Source: Lingula anatina | Lineage: Eukaryota; Animalia; Brachiopoda | Reading direction: 5' to 3' | Assembly: GCA_051362555.1 (NCBI GenBank) | Contig: CM120641.1 | Location: 29,332,401 to 29,396,400 of the forward strand | DNA: 64,000 nucleotides | Shown: positions 26,061 to 39,023 of the stretch, in pieces | How positions within the stretch are numbered: position 1 is the first letter of the stretch | Layout: every line of letters begins with the position of its first letter | Notes under the pieces: model-generated | Seen by the model: the letters and a program-made list of their open reading frames with translations, nothing else | Told to the model about the DNA's origin: nothing | The model's database searches: none | Position numbers and translations under genes: made by a program

Positions 26061-28255
26061 GAATGTTATACCTAGAGTGATAAACCTGTTAATTTTTAAA
26101 CCTAACACATCTAGTGTTTTAATATTAAAATGAAACGCCAACGCAGCGTTTGGTTGTGTAGCCTATGTTATCTTAAACGCTGTTTTCGAAGCTCTACGAA
26201 TCCAGCCCCTGAACACCTAAAGCAATAATCAAAGTTTAAAACCACCTTGTAATAAGCTCCAGGGATAAACAGTTTACATGGATTTTTAAGCTTCCCTGAA
26301 TATATTTGAGTCATTTAAACACATTTTCGTCGTTTCAAATTGCCATAAAGTTTATTTCAACAGCATGAATAAACAGCGTCACTCTCAGCTCAAACACACC
26401 CTTGATGCGAGCTGGTGTTCTGTGTTGATATTAAAAAGTACTCGAATGTCTCTCAATCGAACCATGCAAAACTTATTTAATCTATTACGTTTTATTGTAC
26501 AGAATTTTAATCAGAAACTGTACATAACATGCCTTCTTACCTCCAGCAAAACACAAGGATATCCACAATGCTTTCGACATTTTATTTTTGAAAGCTTCCA
26601 CAAACATGCGCAGAATAAGAATCAGTAGGGAAATGACCATGGCGGCTGACCCGAGTGCCACTGTCCACTGCGTTGCCCAAAAATAACCTGGAATAGTGCG
26701 GATATTAAGCTTTTTTAATAGCCCTAATTGCTCATAAGCTTGTTTCCATTAAGACCCAGACCGGTTTGTGTCTAAATTTCTCCAATATTTGGTGTTGATT
26801 GGACCAAGTGCAGTAAAACTGCTTGTCAGAAGCACTAGGAGTAAAGGTTGAATACCTCTCGTTTAAACCTGCCAAAACTTGCCTTTACGTTACGGTGTCG
26901 ACAAGGTTATGTATCTGAAACGTATAGAATTAAGTGCAAAGTCACAAAAAAGATATCACTTGCTTGCAAATCATCAATCATCCTTTCTTCTGAATGATGC
27001 CCTTTAAATGGAATTAAACGTAATTACCATTCAGTATCCACATACCCCCCCCCCCACCCCAAGGATCTTCACGAATAAAAAAGTGTAATATTTGATGCAT
27101 TTTGATTGAAGAATCTAATTTGTGGCATTTTCGCGAAAGGTTAGATTGAAAACGTGAACTGCCCTTTAGTAAATAGAATCCTTCCGAGAACATAAAAAAA
27201 CTAGAAATGGTTTGACATTTTAGGTTGCTCATCTCGGTTAAGTTAGGAATATCATACCGTGTGTTTTGACAGACAAATTCCGGCTAAATTTTGTGAAGAT
27301 TTAGTGTAGACCCATTCGCAGTAGACAGTGCGTTTCATGCAAACTTGGGACATTGAAAGGAAATAACACATTATTCACCCTTCACCTCCACCCCATCCCA
27401 CTCCACCCCACCCCACCCCATCTATATCATGTATATTCAAATTGTTGGCAAATGCTCGGCTGCCGTCTGCAGTGAAAATTTGATCTGAAAAATGCACGAA
27501 AAAGGAAGAAACTGTGGGTTAACAAGCTCTACTGAAAGGGATATCCGTAGTAAGATGATATAGGCGAACACGGTAAAATAAAGCTAATGTTACAATTTCC
27601 ACAAATTTGCACTGTTTTCGAGCATAGAAAGATATGATAAAAAGATCATCAGCCAACAGCAGAAACGCAATTAGAATGAGCTTGGGAGGATTATTTAACA
27701 CACATTTGAAGAGTTCTTTCAATTATAACAAACGAAATACATGCAATGAGCAATATGCACCACGTCATTACGTCAAGTTGAAATGTTGGACTTCAGCTTC
27801 CAAGTACATTAATTATATTTATTCGGATAGTGTTTATAAAACAAAAATAGAACTGTCTGCCACTTTATCCTCCATGCAGAATACACAGGGTACATATTTG
27901 CCAATTCGGCCTGGAGAAACAATCCCTCTATCTTCCTACAAATATCTTACGTGCTTCTATATATTAAACCGATTTATGGTTTGTTTTGCGCATAATCATA
28001 AAAACAGCTTCAGAATGCTTTGTTTATCAATCGACAAAACAGAGGGCGTGTGGTGCAAAGAGGAATTTTTCCCATATAGTCTCTCATAGTAACGCTAACT
28101 TCTCGTGGCAATAATGTAAAATAGTCGAATAGTAGTTCAATCATTTAGAGTCCATTTCGATATTCTAATGAGGTGAAGTAATTTCATGGCTCTATGCATA
28201 CATTATACCAAACGCATGCGCTAGGGTCCATGTTTTACTGTTGTTTTAATGGGCC

Positions 28256-28304
<49 letters not shown>

Positions 28305-28606
28305 TGTTAAAATTCAGCCAGGTTCTATGAAATAACGCATTGTCTTCCCGCTTTCAAATTCCTATAACAGGTAAACTAAACCCATGTACTCTTACCTGCC
28401 TGGACCTCACTCCAAGGACGGTTACCATTATAAAAACAGTCGCTCTTCGTATTCTTGATTCCAGTGTAGTCGCAATACTCCCACAGACCTTGCCACCGCT
28501 CTATCTTACCCGTAACCTTGCCCCATCCTATTGTAGCCACCGCAATAACATTTAAAAGGTTGCTTAAAACAAGAAATATAAGAGCAGACTTCAGGAGAAA
28601 CGACAT
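25240..28606 (-). CDS. PMP22/EMP/claudin-superfamily four-TM protein, 3 exons, ~172 aa
   Basis: Exons 28606-28396, 26687-26541, 25400-25240 are in frame. W..GLWEYC..C signature in the first loop; four hydrophobic segments; YSYGL before TM4; ends DNFDVTR*. Confidence 0.88.
28258..28301. repeat. (TG)n microsatellite
   Basis: Direct reading. Confidence 0.95.
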
Positions 28607-29778
28607 ATTGATGGGCGCTCTGCTTAAGCTCTTAATTGAAATCGTGCCGAGGCCAGGTAGCGAAAGCACTTCAGGTAAAACAGTCTCCTCTGTTTCTCTG
28701 TTTATTTTGTGAAGTATATTGAAGCCTCCTCGTAAAAGGAACACATCCTTTAACGATCTCCAAATGTCCAATCTCTTAATGCTCTTGCACTCTCGTGTCA
28801 TGTTCATGGTTCGACCCAATAACTTGAACTTTGATAAACTTGCGTCAAGGTAATATACACTAAGGTATGCAGGCGGTGAAAGTTCCAGAGGGAGAGTATG
28901 CCTCTTAACGCTGTGCTGGGACTGTTAACCTGCTTAACTGATGTACTTTGGTGGCTAGCAATTATGTGGATTTCTGTTTTTTTTAATCCATTAATCTTGG
29001 TATCTCCTTCATTGGATTAACCATTGGATTAATAGAAATTATAAAAAGTTATCTTTGCCAGATTAATTAAACTGGCACCAAAAAGAGAACGTTTCATTAA
29101 CTGTTGGCCCTATCGCTTTCCAACAGAAACATCTGGCGTGAGTTTCTGGTCTATCACTTCACTCTACTTGGCTACGCCTTTTAATGCCTCATTACATTAA
29201 AAAGACGGAAATATGTGCTAGGTTTATCGAGCAAATGGTAGAGTTTAAAATCTGAAGGAGGTGTGCTTGGACTCATCCAGTAAATAATACTGACTCAAAA
29301 ACGTAAAAAGTAGGACAGGGCGAATCTCAACATTAGAAAGGCATTGTAACTATGATTAAAGCTACTCTTAAAATTAATTGTTCGCATTAATGGATTACAT
29401 TAAATAGGCAGCTTACAACGTAACGTTTGCCCGAACATCAGATTTTATTCATTTATTATTATTATGCCTACAAATTTCAAAACCTACGATGCTCTAAATT
29501 ATTTACAAAATGTTTCAGTTCGAAGTAATTGAGTTTTGTGTAGCTTGCTTGTTGTAGTGAAAATAGCAGGAAGAAAATGAAGGTAACTGCTTAACATATA
29601 TACAGAAATAAGTTATCGATTTAAAAGATCCCGTGTCTTCATTCACCAAAAATTAATACTAGTTCAGATACACTGTGATTTCATGCACAAGCTTTCATTA
29701 GCCGAGCAATTTACTCTCCGAATTTGGTTGTTGCAGTTACATAATGGCCATATGCCATAAAAGTATAGTACATTTTGT

Positions 29779-32417
29779 CTATTTGGATTTCCAAAACTGG
29801 AGTTTGCTCTTCATGGTCCTCTTAGACTGGGAAGGCTTAATTTCTTCCTCAACCTTTGCTGGGGGCTTTTCCTGTATTTCTGCACATGCGCCATCTGTTG
29901 GGAACTTAACCGACACAGTGTTGCCCTGCAAACCAATCTGCTCCACGCCATTCCCAGAGAAGGTAGAGGTTAAATGGGCATGGCCATTACTTGAGTAGGC
30001 TAAATCAGCTTCGAGACGAGTATCCTGAGCAATATTTTGATCGTCTGGAATTGAACGCCCATCAATTTTCAGCAGGGAGACCAACTGGTTAAGTTCTGCA
30101 ATTCTCGTCTGCATCAGGGTTTTCTCTTTTTCTAATTCATACACTTGAAGTTCGAAGGTACTCATCTGAAATTTTAAAAAAAGTAGAAGTAGAAATATAA
30201 TATTCAAACCGACGGAATGAGTGGCAACTGTTTGGTTCATTAACAAGATGCATCAAAGTAAATTGGGAAAGGTATATACATTGAAGGGCTGTTCTGATTG
30301 CCGTAAATATAAAACTAACCTGTTGTTGGAGTTGATACTTTTCCTTTCGGGACAATATGTTGAACTCTTGCTTTTCAAGGAAACTGATTAAACGATCAGG
30401 ACTTTTCTCTAGATGATAAAAAAAAAAAAAAATGGACAAATATTTTAAAAGTTACAGAATATAAGTAACCTTGTAAGCAGCAAATATGGCTGAGTGAAAA
30501 AATTGACCATTTCTGGTGTAGACTTACTGTTTTGCAGAAAATCATTAAAAAATGCCAAGTTTAAAAGTGGCCATTGAGACAACACAGTGGAAAAAATATA
30601 GCAAAGTTTTCAAGAATCCATATCTAGTTTGCATTCTAATTGAGTAATTAGCATATACATGTATTGCATGAAAAAATATTCGTACACCAACAACTAACCT
30701 TTCATTTTCTGAAGAACTAAGCTTTGTTCCCGGGTGACTTGATTAAGTTCTTCTAGTGAATTTTTCTGCAGGTTTGCGGTGTTTTTCGCCAATGCAGCCA
30801 TCTCCTCCTTTATAAGATTAATTCACGATCAGAATAAGAATTGCTTAACTTATAACATATATCGAATACATGTATTTTCAACAATTTTCATGTCTTCTGA
30901 AAACCATTTGTCTTTCTCAAGTACAAGATGCAGTGATTAAATGTTTTAAATCTACATGTAAAAAATATTTTCGTGTCTTACTCGACTATAGAGTAATTAT
31001 CACCTTTCCCCCTTTTCCTTTTATTCTAAATGAGACCTTTCACCAAGAACATGAACCTACAAGTACAAGAATAGAAAATTACTTTTGCTTTTATCAGTTC
31101 CTTGGAGAAGTTATCTAAATCTCGATCTCGCATAGCTAGGGCCAGTGTTAACTCCTTATTCCTCCTCTTTAGATCTTCTCTCTCCCGAGCCTCCGCTATT
31201 TCTTTTTTGTCTTTTTCTATTAGTATTTCATTTAACGCGGCAATGGTCATCTCCTGTTGGGCTGTTTTTTCACTCTTAAAACTTAATTCTTTAGTCAGAC
31301 GTTCTGTAAAAAGAACAGATCTCACTAGTTGTGGGCTTTTCATTTCCCAGGTATATAGTTTGTATCAACGTATTTCTTTAAGTAGTATGTATGAATATAA
31401 ATTTTATCAAAAAACTGTGCACCTACTCTTTAAACAAACATTAACTTAACTGTCCAATTGAATTGAAAATCAGTAAAAGTGGCCAACCATACCGAGTTCT
31501 ACTTCTAGGTCTGCAACTTTTGCCAATGCAACCAACTTTTCCTCTTGCAGGGAAGCATTCCGACGGCGCAGCGTTTTTATCTGTTCAACTTTACCTTTAA
31601 AGTCTTTTGTGATTAGTGCTGTGGATGGAAAATCAGAGTGATAAATGTTATCTTAATCCTTTTTATTGTTACTTTAATATTAATTTCAATACGTTTATCT
31701 TGTAAAATTCTGGCTAGGACAAATGTAAGTAATTTCTTATCATCATTTCCACAAGTATGCAAAGAGTGGAATTTTCCCAACCCCCTCCTCTCCCCCTTCA
31801 GAGACTACAATGCGAAAAGCTAAAAGTGGTGACCTTTGACAGCATTTAGATCATTTTAAATATTTTTCAAAAGCGTCCATCAGGTATCAGCCTTCCCCCT
31901 CCCCCATGCGTACGGTTTGTAGAAAATGATGATAATAATAGATAACTCCGAGATCATTTGGTAAATGATTATCAGATTGTAATGAGTACTAAAGACAAAA
32001 CGTTCCATCATGGTGTTATTTCTATATTGATATAAGAAGGTAAACTCACTCATGTTTTTCTCAGACTCCGTTACATGAATTGTCAACGACTCAATCCTAT
32101 CCTCCAAGGCTTGCATAACTCGACCACTGCTGTTGGCTGCCTTCATGTTGACTTCCATAGTGAGCACGGTTTGACGAAGACAATCTTTCAGGGTGAGGAA
32201 TGCTTCTTTTGAGAAACATATTTGTGGATCAGTTTGAAGGGCTATTTCACCTTTTTTCACCTTATGTCTTTTGAATAATCCTAATAATAAAGAATAACAC
32301 AACCGATCTTATACATTCTGACAAGTGGGAGTTATTTATATTAAACCGTAGAAATTACATTGAATTTCAACATTAATAATCACTGTCGAGTAAAAATGAA
32401 AATAACTCACCCATCAT
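29779..32417 (-). CDS. Uncharacterised coiled-coil protein, 7 exons
   Basis: Micro first exon ATGATGG|gt (32417-32411), then ~32280-32050, ~31618-31493, ~31303-31083, ~30807-30699, ~30408-30320, 30165-29779 with compatible phases. Heptad-rich K/E/L/Q sequence (MMGLFKRHK...KSKLQFWKSK*). Confidence 0.75.
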
Positions 32418-34006
32418 TGAAGTTTACCAAGCTGTACATATCAATATGCTAATGAACATATTTGGTTGACATGAAAATGACGTCATATCATTTATGACGT
32501 AACAGTGTTAACGTCGCCAAAAAGTCATTACGCTCTAGACGTCGAACCAAATGCTTACAACTAAATAGTCTATTCCACGCATCCACGGGCGTGACGGGAA
32601 TGTGACGGGAGTAAGCCCCCCCCCCCCCCCCCCTTCATGCAACCAACCCTGTTCATTGTTCCTTTTACATTGTCGTTCGCTGGTTCATACCCCGCGTTTC
32701 TCTACAGCGAAACAGTTAACATGGTCTGCAACATTTCGGGGAGAGATAGGTGAAATATAGATTCTGCCAAGATGTCTGCAAAGTTTTAAGCCGCAAATCT
32801 GAAGAAGTTGATTAATTTTTAGCCCGTTAAAAAGTTTTTAATATGCTCTGCTTTAAAGTGGTTCCAAGAGTCACAAATATTTTTCCGGCATCTTCATAAT
32901 TTTGTCTTGCGTGCTTCCCCCAAAAACCGTCCTTACCTAAAAAATCGATAATCGCATGGGATTTTTATACAGGCAATTGACCTACTTTGGTCCAGCCCAG
33001 TTATCGGCGCTATTTAACAATTTTATGACTTAGGCGTGAAAACGTGATTCATGTCTATGATATGAAAGTTATTTATATTGATTTGATTAATAAACAGTGT
33101 GTGTCGATCAAACCTTTCAAAGATTTTTAGCGCAGGGTGACATTGCTTTTTAAGGAAAATTGAATATGTGCTCACAACTCAAAAGTAAGGAAGCAAATGC
33201 ATTTTTCTCTTATATGCAAATTAGATTGCACTGAGTTATAAACTGGACAGAAAGGATGTTCATCTCCAGAACGAGGTCGGTGCAACATAATCTAAATGAC
33301 GCTGCAAACGAAGTTGTCAGCGGGAGGACTGTCAGACATTAGTATTTAGGAAGATTTCAAAGAAATACAAAAAAGTTTTTAAATCAATGGAAATATGAAA
33401 AAGTTATCATTAGTGGTGCATATATTTTCTCTTTTAGATTTAAGAGCACAAAACTAAAGATGATTTGATTTTGTGCTATTAAAATCTATTGAAAAAAATG
33501 CTAAATAAACCAAAGAAAATGTCTGATCAATTTTTTTTAATTACTTGTACATTCACAAATGTAGACAAATGAAATCCGGTGAAACATGCATGTGTTTGCA
33601 CTGGCGATAACCCAGCCAACTGATGTCCAATTTCAAGGCTCATTTTCGGCATAATTCTCCCTCAAAACAAGCTCTCCAAGAATATTATTTCAAATAAAAG
33701 ACTTAAAGTATGAAATCATAGCCTTCATTATATTTGAGAAATACTGCTCATGAACTAATTAGAAAGTGTGCATTAATTTAATAAGGTTTGTTCTTTGCAA
33801 TTCTACCCTCCTCCGCCGCCACTCGCCTTCTACTGCTACCATTCAAACAAACCGCTCTCAATACTCAGTGTGTAGTGTGCGTCAAAAGTTTAAACTTAAT
33901 AAAAATATTTACATTTGTAAATATACGGTAATAACATAGTGTAGACAACACTTTTAAAATCTGGGAGAACAAAAATAATACAGATAGGAACCAGCTCAAA
34001 ACATGT

Positions 34007-34077
34007 TGCATCGGCCGGGAAGCGCACCAGGACCACCCGGGCGGCAGGCGATCATTCTACCACTGAACCACCGATGC
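34007..34077 (-). pseudogene. tRNA-Gly(GCC) pseudogene
   Basis: gcatcggtggttcagtggtagaatgatcgcctgccgcccgggtggtcctggtgcgcttcccggccgatgca matches canonical invertebrate tRNA-Gly(GCC) with several substitutions; B box GGTTCGA is changed to GGTGCGC; T4 lies downstream. Confidence 0.85.
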
Positions 34078-34471
34078 GAACTTTGCTCAAAGAAATTAGG
34101 CCATCCGTTGGACCTCCCTCATCCCTTTCAAACAACGACGTTTTCAAACTTAGTTCAAAGCCTGGGTCTAGTTGGGCAACTAAACAAACACAAACATACA
34201 CAATATTTTTTAAAACTGAGTAACCAATATGCCTTTTCTTTAAAACACCAATTTACATCTTTATTTCTGTGGGACGCAGCGATTAACATAATCACAGTAT
34301 AAATAAACGTATGTAGGTCTAGCTCTGCCGCTCACAGATGAGCGTGATGAATGCAGTAACCGTTAAGCCTCCTTTACACTTGACGGGGCAGATCTAGAGA
34401 TATTTTCTGACAGACTTCCAAATTATCTTTGTTGGCTCATCCTCCACTGCCCGATCCCTACCCTCGCACGC

Positions 34472-34503
<32 letters not shown>

Positions 34504-36634
34504 GCACGCACACACACACATATAATAAGGATTGCGAACACTTTATTAGGGGCTGTTTCAAATCTTTAATTTCTTCTTTTATATCACTGCTCATTTTGGG
34601 TTTTCCTCAACCATGTTTTCTTGTTTTTTTCTCGGAAGTAATGCCTGGGCATGCGCATGCTTAAAGATACCCTGAGAGAGATCTTTTTCGTGAATGTTCG
34701 CGGCCGTGTTTGAACTGAATTGTTTTAAATATCGATCCCAAAGCCATTCAAGAATACGAATAACATTACCTCATGCAATAAAGGAGAGATATTGAAAAAA
34801 TATTAGAGCCTATCAAGAATCTTACAGGTCGATCGCGAGTTACCTATCATTATTACCTTGCTTGGGAAGTGCGAGGATGCGTAAGAAACAAGTTTTAACA
34901 ATTAAAATTGTTTACGAGCTCTAGCGTTCCACTTCTGAACAAGTGCCAGGCATTTTAAATGCAATTAGTAAGCTTGCCAACTGATGATAGTTAACTTGGA
35001 AGACTGACAGCTTTTGATATGATTTAAATCACTCGAAGCGACTATAGTTTCATGGCATCTACATGCACATGTACATGGACTGTCACCGAAGTGTCATAGT
35101 GGTGATATCACGGCCAAATTTCATTAAAAAAACTTCTACATTTAAATCTTATTATGTTAATATTAGGTTAAAAATATTCAGATGTCTCGGTCATAATGAT
35201 ATTAAATGAAACTGTAAATGTACTTTATTCATTGGAAAGAACTGTAACCAAGTTTTAAAGGATGTTTTCAGTTATAATAGGATTTGATAACTTTATTTAC
35301 AGCTTCATCTCCTAGTTGAAGTTTAAATCAGTCTCAGTTTAATAAATGTTAAAGGTCTCTAGTAATATGTCTTAATTCTGTTAATTGGCTTCAATGGCTC
35401 TGACTTTCTTAAGGAATCAATGTATTGGATTTATGTGTTTCTCTCTATGTTTAAGTATATATAAGGGACCATTTCCACAGATATCTCCCTGGGGATTCTC
35501 ACTAAACTGCTATCAACTCAACCGGCTTAAATGTCTGTCACGCCTAGTAGAGCTGTTAGGGGGTGATTATCTTTACCCCCTAGCTGATTCGGTAGGCGTG
35601 ACAGACATTTAAGCCGGTTAGTTGATAGCAATTTAGTGAGAATCCCCAGGTAATTAGACCGATCCATATGGATCGATCTAGGTATGGGAACCCAGTCTTA
35701 GAAGAACTTTGTATTGTCTTTAGAGATTGGAGATCTGACATCAGAGAAAGTTTGGTCAGTCGAACCAATAGTTAGATAATCCGTGCTGTCTTAGGAGACC
35801 CCATATCTCTCAGCCAGAGAAATAAACGTAGAGATCAGTCAGTTTGTAGTTGGAAAACATATCATTGCTGTTGTGTTACCTGCTGGAGAAGTAACTCAGA
35901 CCAAGGTCCGCTGTGTTACGAGTAAGAAAGTCACGGAAGACCGTCACAAACAAAGCAACAAGAGCGTCAACGAAATCTTGAAAAATATTGACCGTCTTCT
36001 GATGGAAAAAATTAGATGCCCGTTAATGTAAACTTGAAAATTTCTGACCGTCTTCCGGAAGACCCAGAAGGTGGCCTCCTTCTGCCCCTGTATTCAACCA
36101 GGGAATTATATCGTAGACTATGATATAATTCCCTGATTCAACTACCAAAAACGTGGCACACCTACCGCATTTATGTACAATGCTACAAGGGTACCCATAG
36201 ATTAAATTTTACTATGACATTACGATTACAGTGGCGGATTTGGATTGGGGTCAGGTTCCTGACCCCCCCCCCTTCCCCTCGGTTTCTGAAAAAAAATTAG
36301 ACTATTATTAGACTATTATTCTCCTCTTGAAATTAGAATTTTGACTAGCTGATTTACAGTACTATACCGTACATGTAAGTGTTGGCCCACAAAACAAAGG
36401 CAACCAATGAAAATAGAATAAATAAATATTTATACGCTTCATGGTAACCTATGAGGATTCATGTTAATTCACCGTATAGATCTTAAGTAAAATAGAAGTA
36501 TATATAGACATATATATTGAGCAGCCACAAACCGGTATTGTTTTCTGATTTCATTGTTTGTTCTCTGTTGTCGCGACTATGTGGTTGCGTGCGACGTTGT
36601 ATATGTGCGCACGCTTGTTATTACGTCGCTCATT

Positions 36635-39023
36635 CAGAGCGCTGAAGTTAGTGTCTAGTTTCTAGTTTCCAGTTTCGTTTTTCAAAAACGAACCTGGCAA
36701 CCAGAAACTAGTTTCGTTTTTCAAAAACGATTCTGGCAACCAGAAACTAGTGTCGTTTTTCAAAAACGATTCTGGCAACCAGAAATTAGTTTCGTTTTTC
36801 AAAAAACGATTCTGGCATCCAGAAACTAGTGTCGTTTTTCAAAATCGATTCTGAGAAGCCAGAATCGTTTTTGCGGAGAGAAACAGGGGTGGGCAGAGGG
36901 AGAGGCAACCAGCGGTTAGCGTGTACCGCGATTAGGTAACCCTCACCGCGAAAGCTGGGCAGGGTTTTACGGTCTCTCCTCGACGTGCGCTGAGACCGAG
37001 ACGGTCGCCGAATATTGCCTACGGGGTATGGGCAACTCTCATCGCAGAAGCTTGACAGGGTGTTTACAGTGTTACGGTCTTTCCTCGCCGCACTGGGAGG
37101 CCGAGTTGACCGCTGCTACCAGTCACAGGCAGCCTGCACAGTGGAAGCCGGGAATGGAGTTTAAGTGGGGGTGGGGATGGGGGTGGGGAATAAGGGTGAG
37201 GTTGAAGAGGGGCAAGGGGCCCCCGGGGCCTCCCTTCGTAGTATGAGATATAATTTTTAATTTTATTGAATTTTTCAAAAACGATTCTGATGCCCAGAGA
37301 CCAGTGTCGTTTTTCGAAAAACGATTCTGGCAGCCAGAAACTAGTGTCGTTTTTCAAAAACGATTCTGAGAAGCCAGAATCGTTTTTGCGGAGAGAAACA
37401 GGGGTGGACGGAGGGAGAAGCAAGCAGCGGGCCGCGACTAGGTCACCCTCACCACGAAAGCTGGGCAGGGTCTTACGGTCTCTCCTCGATTTGCGCTGAG
37501 ATCAAGACGGTCGCCGATTATTGCCTACAGCGTACAGGTAGCCTTCACCGAGGAAGCTGTGCTGAATATAAAGCCTCTCTCGCTCGTGTGGCCGCTGATC
37601 TGCATCAGCGCGCACAGGCAGCTTTCACCGCGTAGGTATTCAGGGAGTTACGTTTATTTATTTATTTATTTATTTATTCATTTATTTATTTAATTTTTTT
37701 ATTATTTTTTTGTCGCCGTGCTGTGAGGACTAGATGACCGGCCGCCTTCACAGGCCGCCTTCACAGCGTAAGCCGCGGCCGTGAATGATGGGCGGATGAG
37801 AGGAAGAAGGGGGAAGGGCCCTCAGGCAGAGTTTTTTTTTTTTTTTTTTTGAAAACGATTCCGAGGAGCCAGAAACCCGGCTTACGCTGTGAAGGCGGCC
37901 TGTGAAGGCGGCCGGTCATCTGGTCCTCACCGCACGGCGAGAAAAAAAAAGCATAACTCCCTGGATACCTACGCGGTGAAAGCTGCCTGTGCGGCGCTGA
38001 TGCAGATCAGCGGCCACACGAGCGAGACAGGCGTTATATTCAGCACAGCTTTCTCGGTGAAGGCTACCTGTACGCTGTAGGCAATAATCGGCGACCGTCT
38101 CGGTCTCAGCGCAAAGGAGGAGAGACCGTAAGACCCTACCCAGCTTTCGCGGTGAGGGTGACCTAGTCGCGGTATACGCTCGCCGCTGCTTGCTTCTCCC
38201 TCTGCCCACCCCTGTTTCTCTCCGCTAAAACATTTCTGGCTCCTCAGAATCGTTTTTGAAAAACGACACTAGTTTCTGTTTGCCAGAATCGTTTTTTGAA
38301 AAATTCAATAAAATTAAAAATTATACTTCAAACTACGAAGGGAGGCCCCGGGGGCCCCTTTCCCCTTTCCCCTTTCCCCTCTTCAACCACACCCTTCTTC
38401 CCCCACCCCCACCCCCACCCCCACATAAACTCCATTCCCGGCTTCCACTGTGCAGGCTGCCTGTGACTTGTAGCGGCGGTCAACTCGGTCTCCCAGCGCG
38501 GCGAGGAAAGACCGTAACACTGTAAACGCCCTGTCAAGCTTCTGCGAAGAGAGTTGCCCGTACCCCGTAGGCAACCGTCTCGGTCTCAGCGCACGTCGAG
38601 GAGAGACCGTAAAACCCTGCCCGGCTTTCGTGGTGAGGGTTACCTAATCGCAGTACACGCTAACCGCTGGTTGCGTCTCCCTCTGCCCACCCCTGTTTCT
38701 CTCCGCAAAAACGATTCTGGCTTCTCAGAATCGTTTTTGAAAAACGACACTAGTTTCTGGTTGTCAAAATCGTTTTTCAAAAAACGGCACTGGTTTCTGG
38801 CTGCCAGAATCGTTTTTTGAAAAACGAAACTAGTTTCTGGTTGCCAGGTTCGTTTTTGAAAAACGACACTAGTTTCTGGTTGCCAGGTTCGTTTTTGAAA
38901 AACGACACTAGTTTCTGGTTGCCAGGTTCGTTTTTGAAAAACGACACTAGTTTCTGGTTGCCAGGTTCGTTCTTGAAAAACGAAACTGGAAACTAGAAAC
39001 TAGACACTAACTTCAGCGCTCTG
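36635..39023. mobile_element. 2.39-kb foldback element with ~1.1-kb inverted arms and ~32-bp subterminal tandem repeats, non-coding
   Basis: cagagcgctgaagttagtgtctagtttctag at 36635 is mirrored at 39023; the arms are homologous throughout; repeats tcgtttttcaaaaacgattctggcaaccagaaactag; ctcatt duplicated on both sides. Confidence 0.9.

Noticed and set aside
27519-28089. ORFs of 67 and 151 aa in intron 1 of the tetraspan gene
   Set aside because: The gene is complete without them; no motifs or supporting splice pattern.
36960-38820. ORFs within the foldback element
   Set aside because: Short, mirrored on both arms, low complexity, no transposase motifs.
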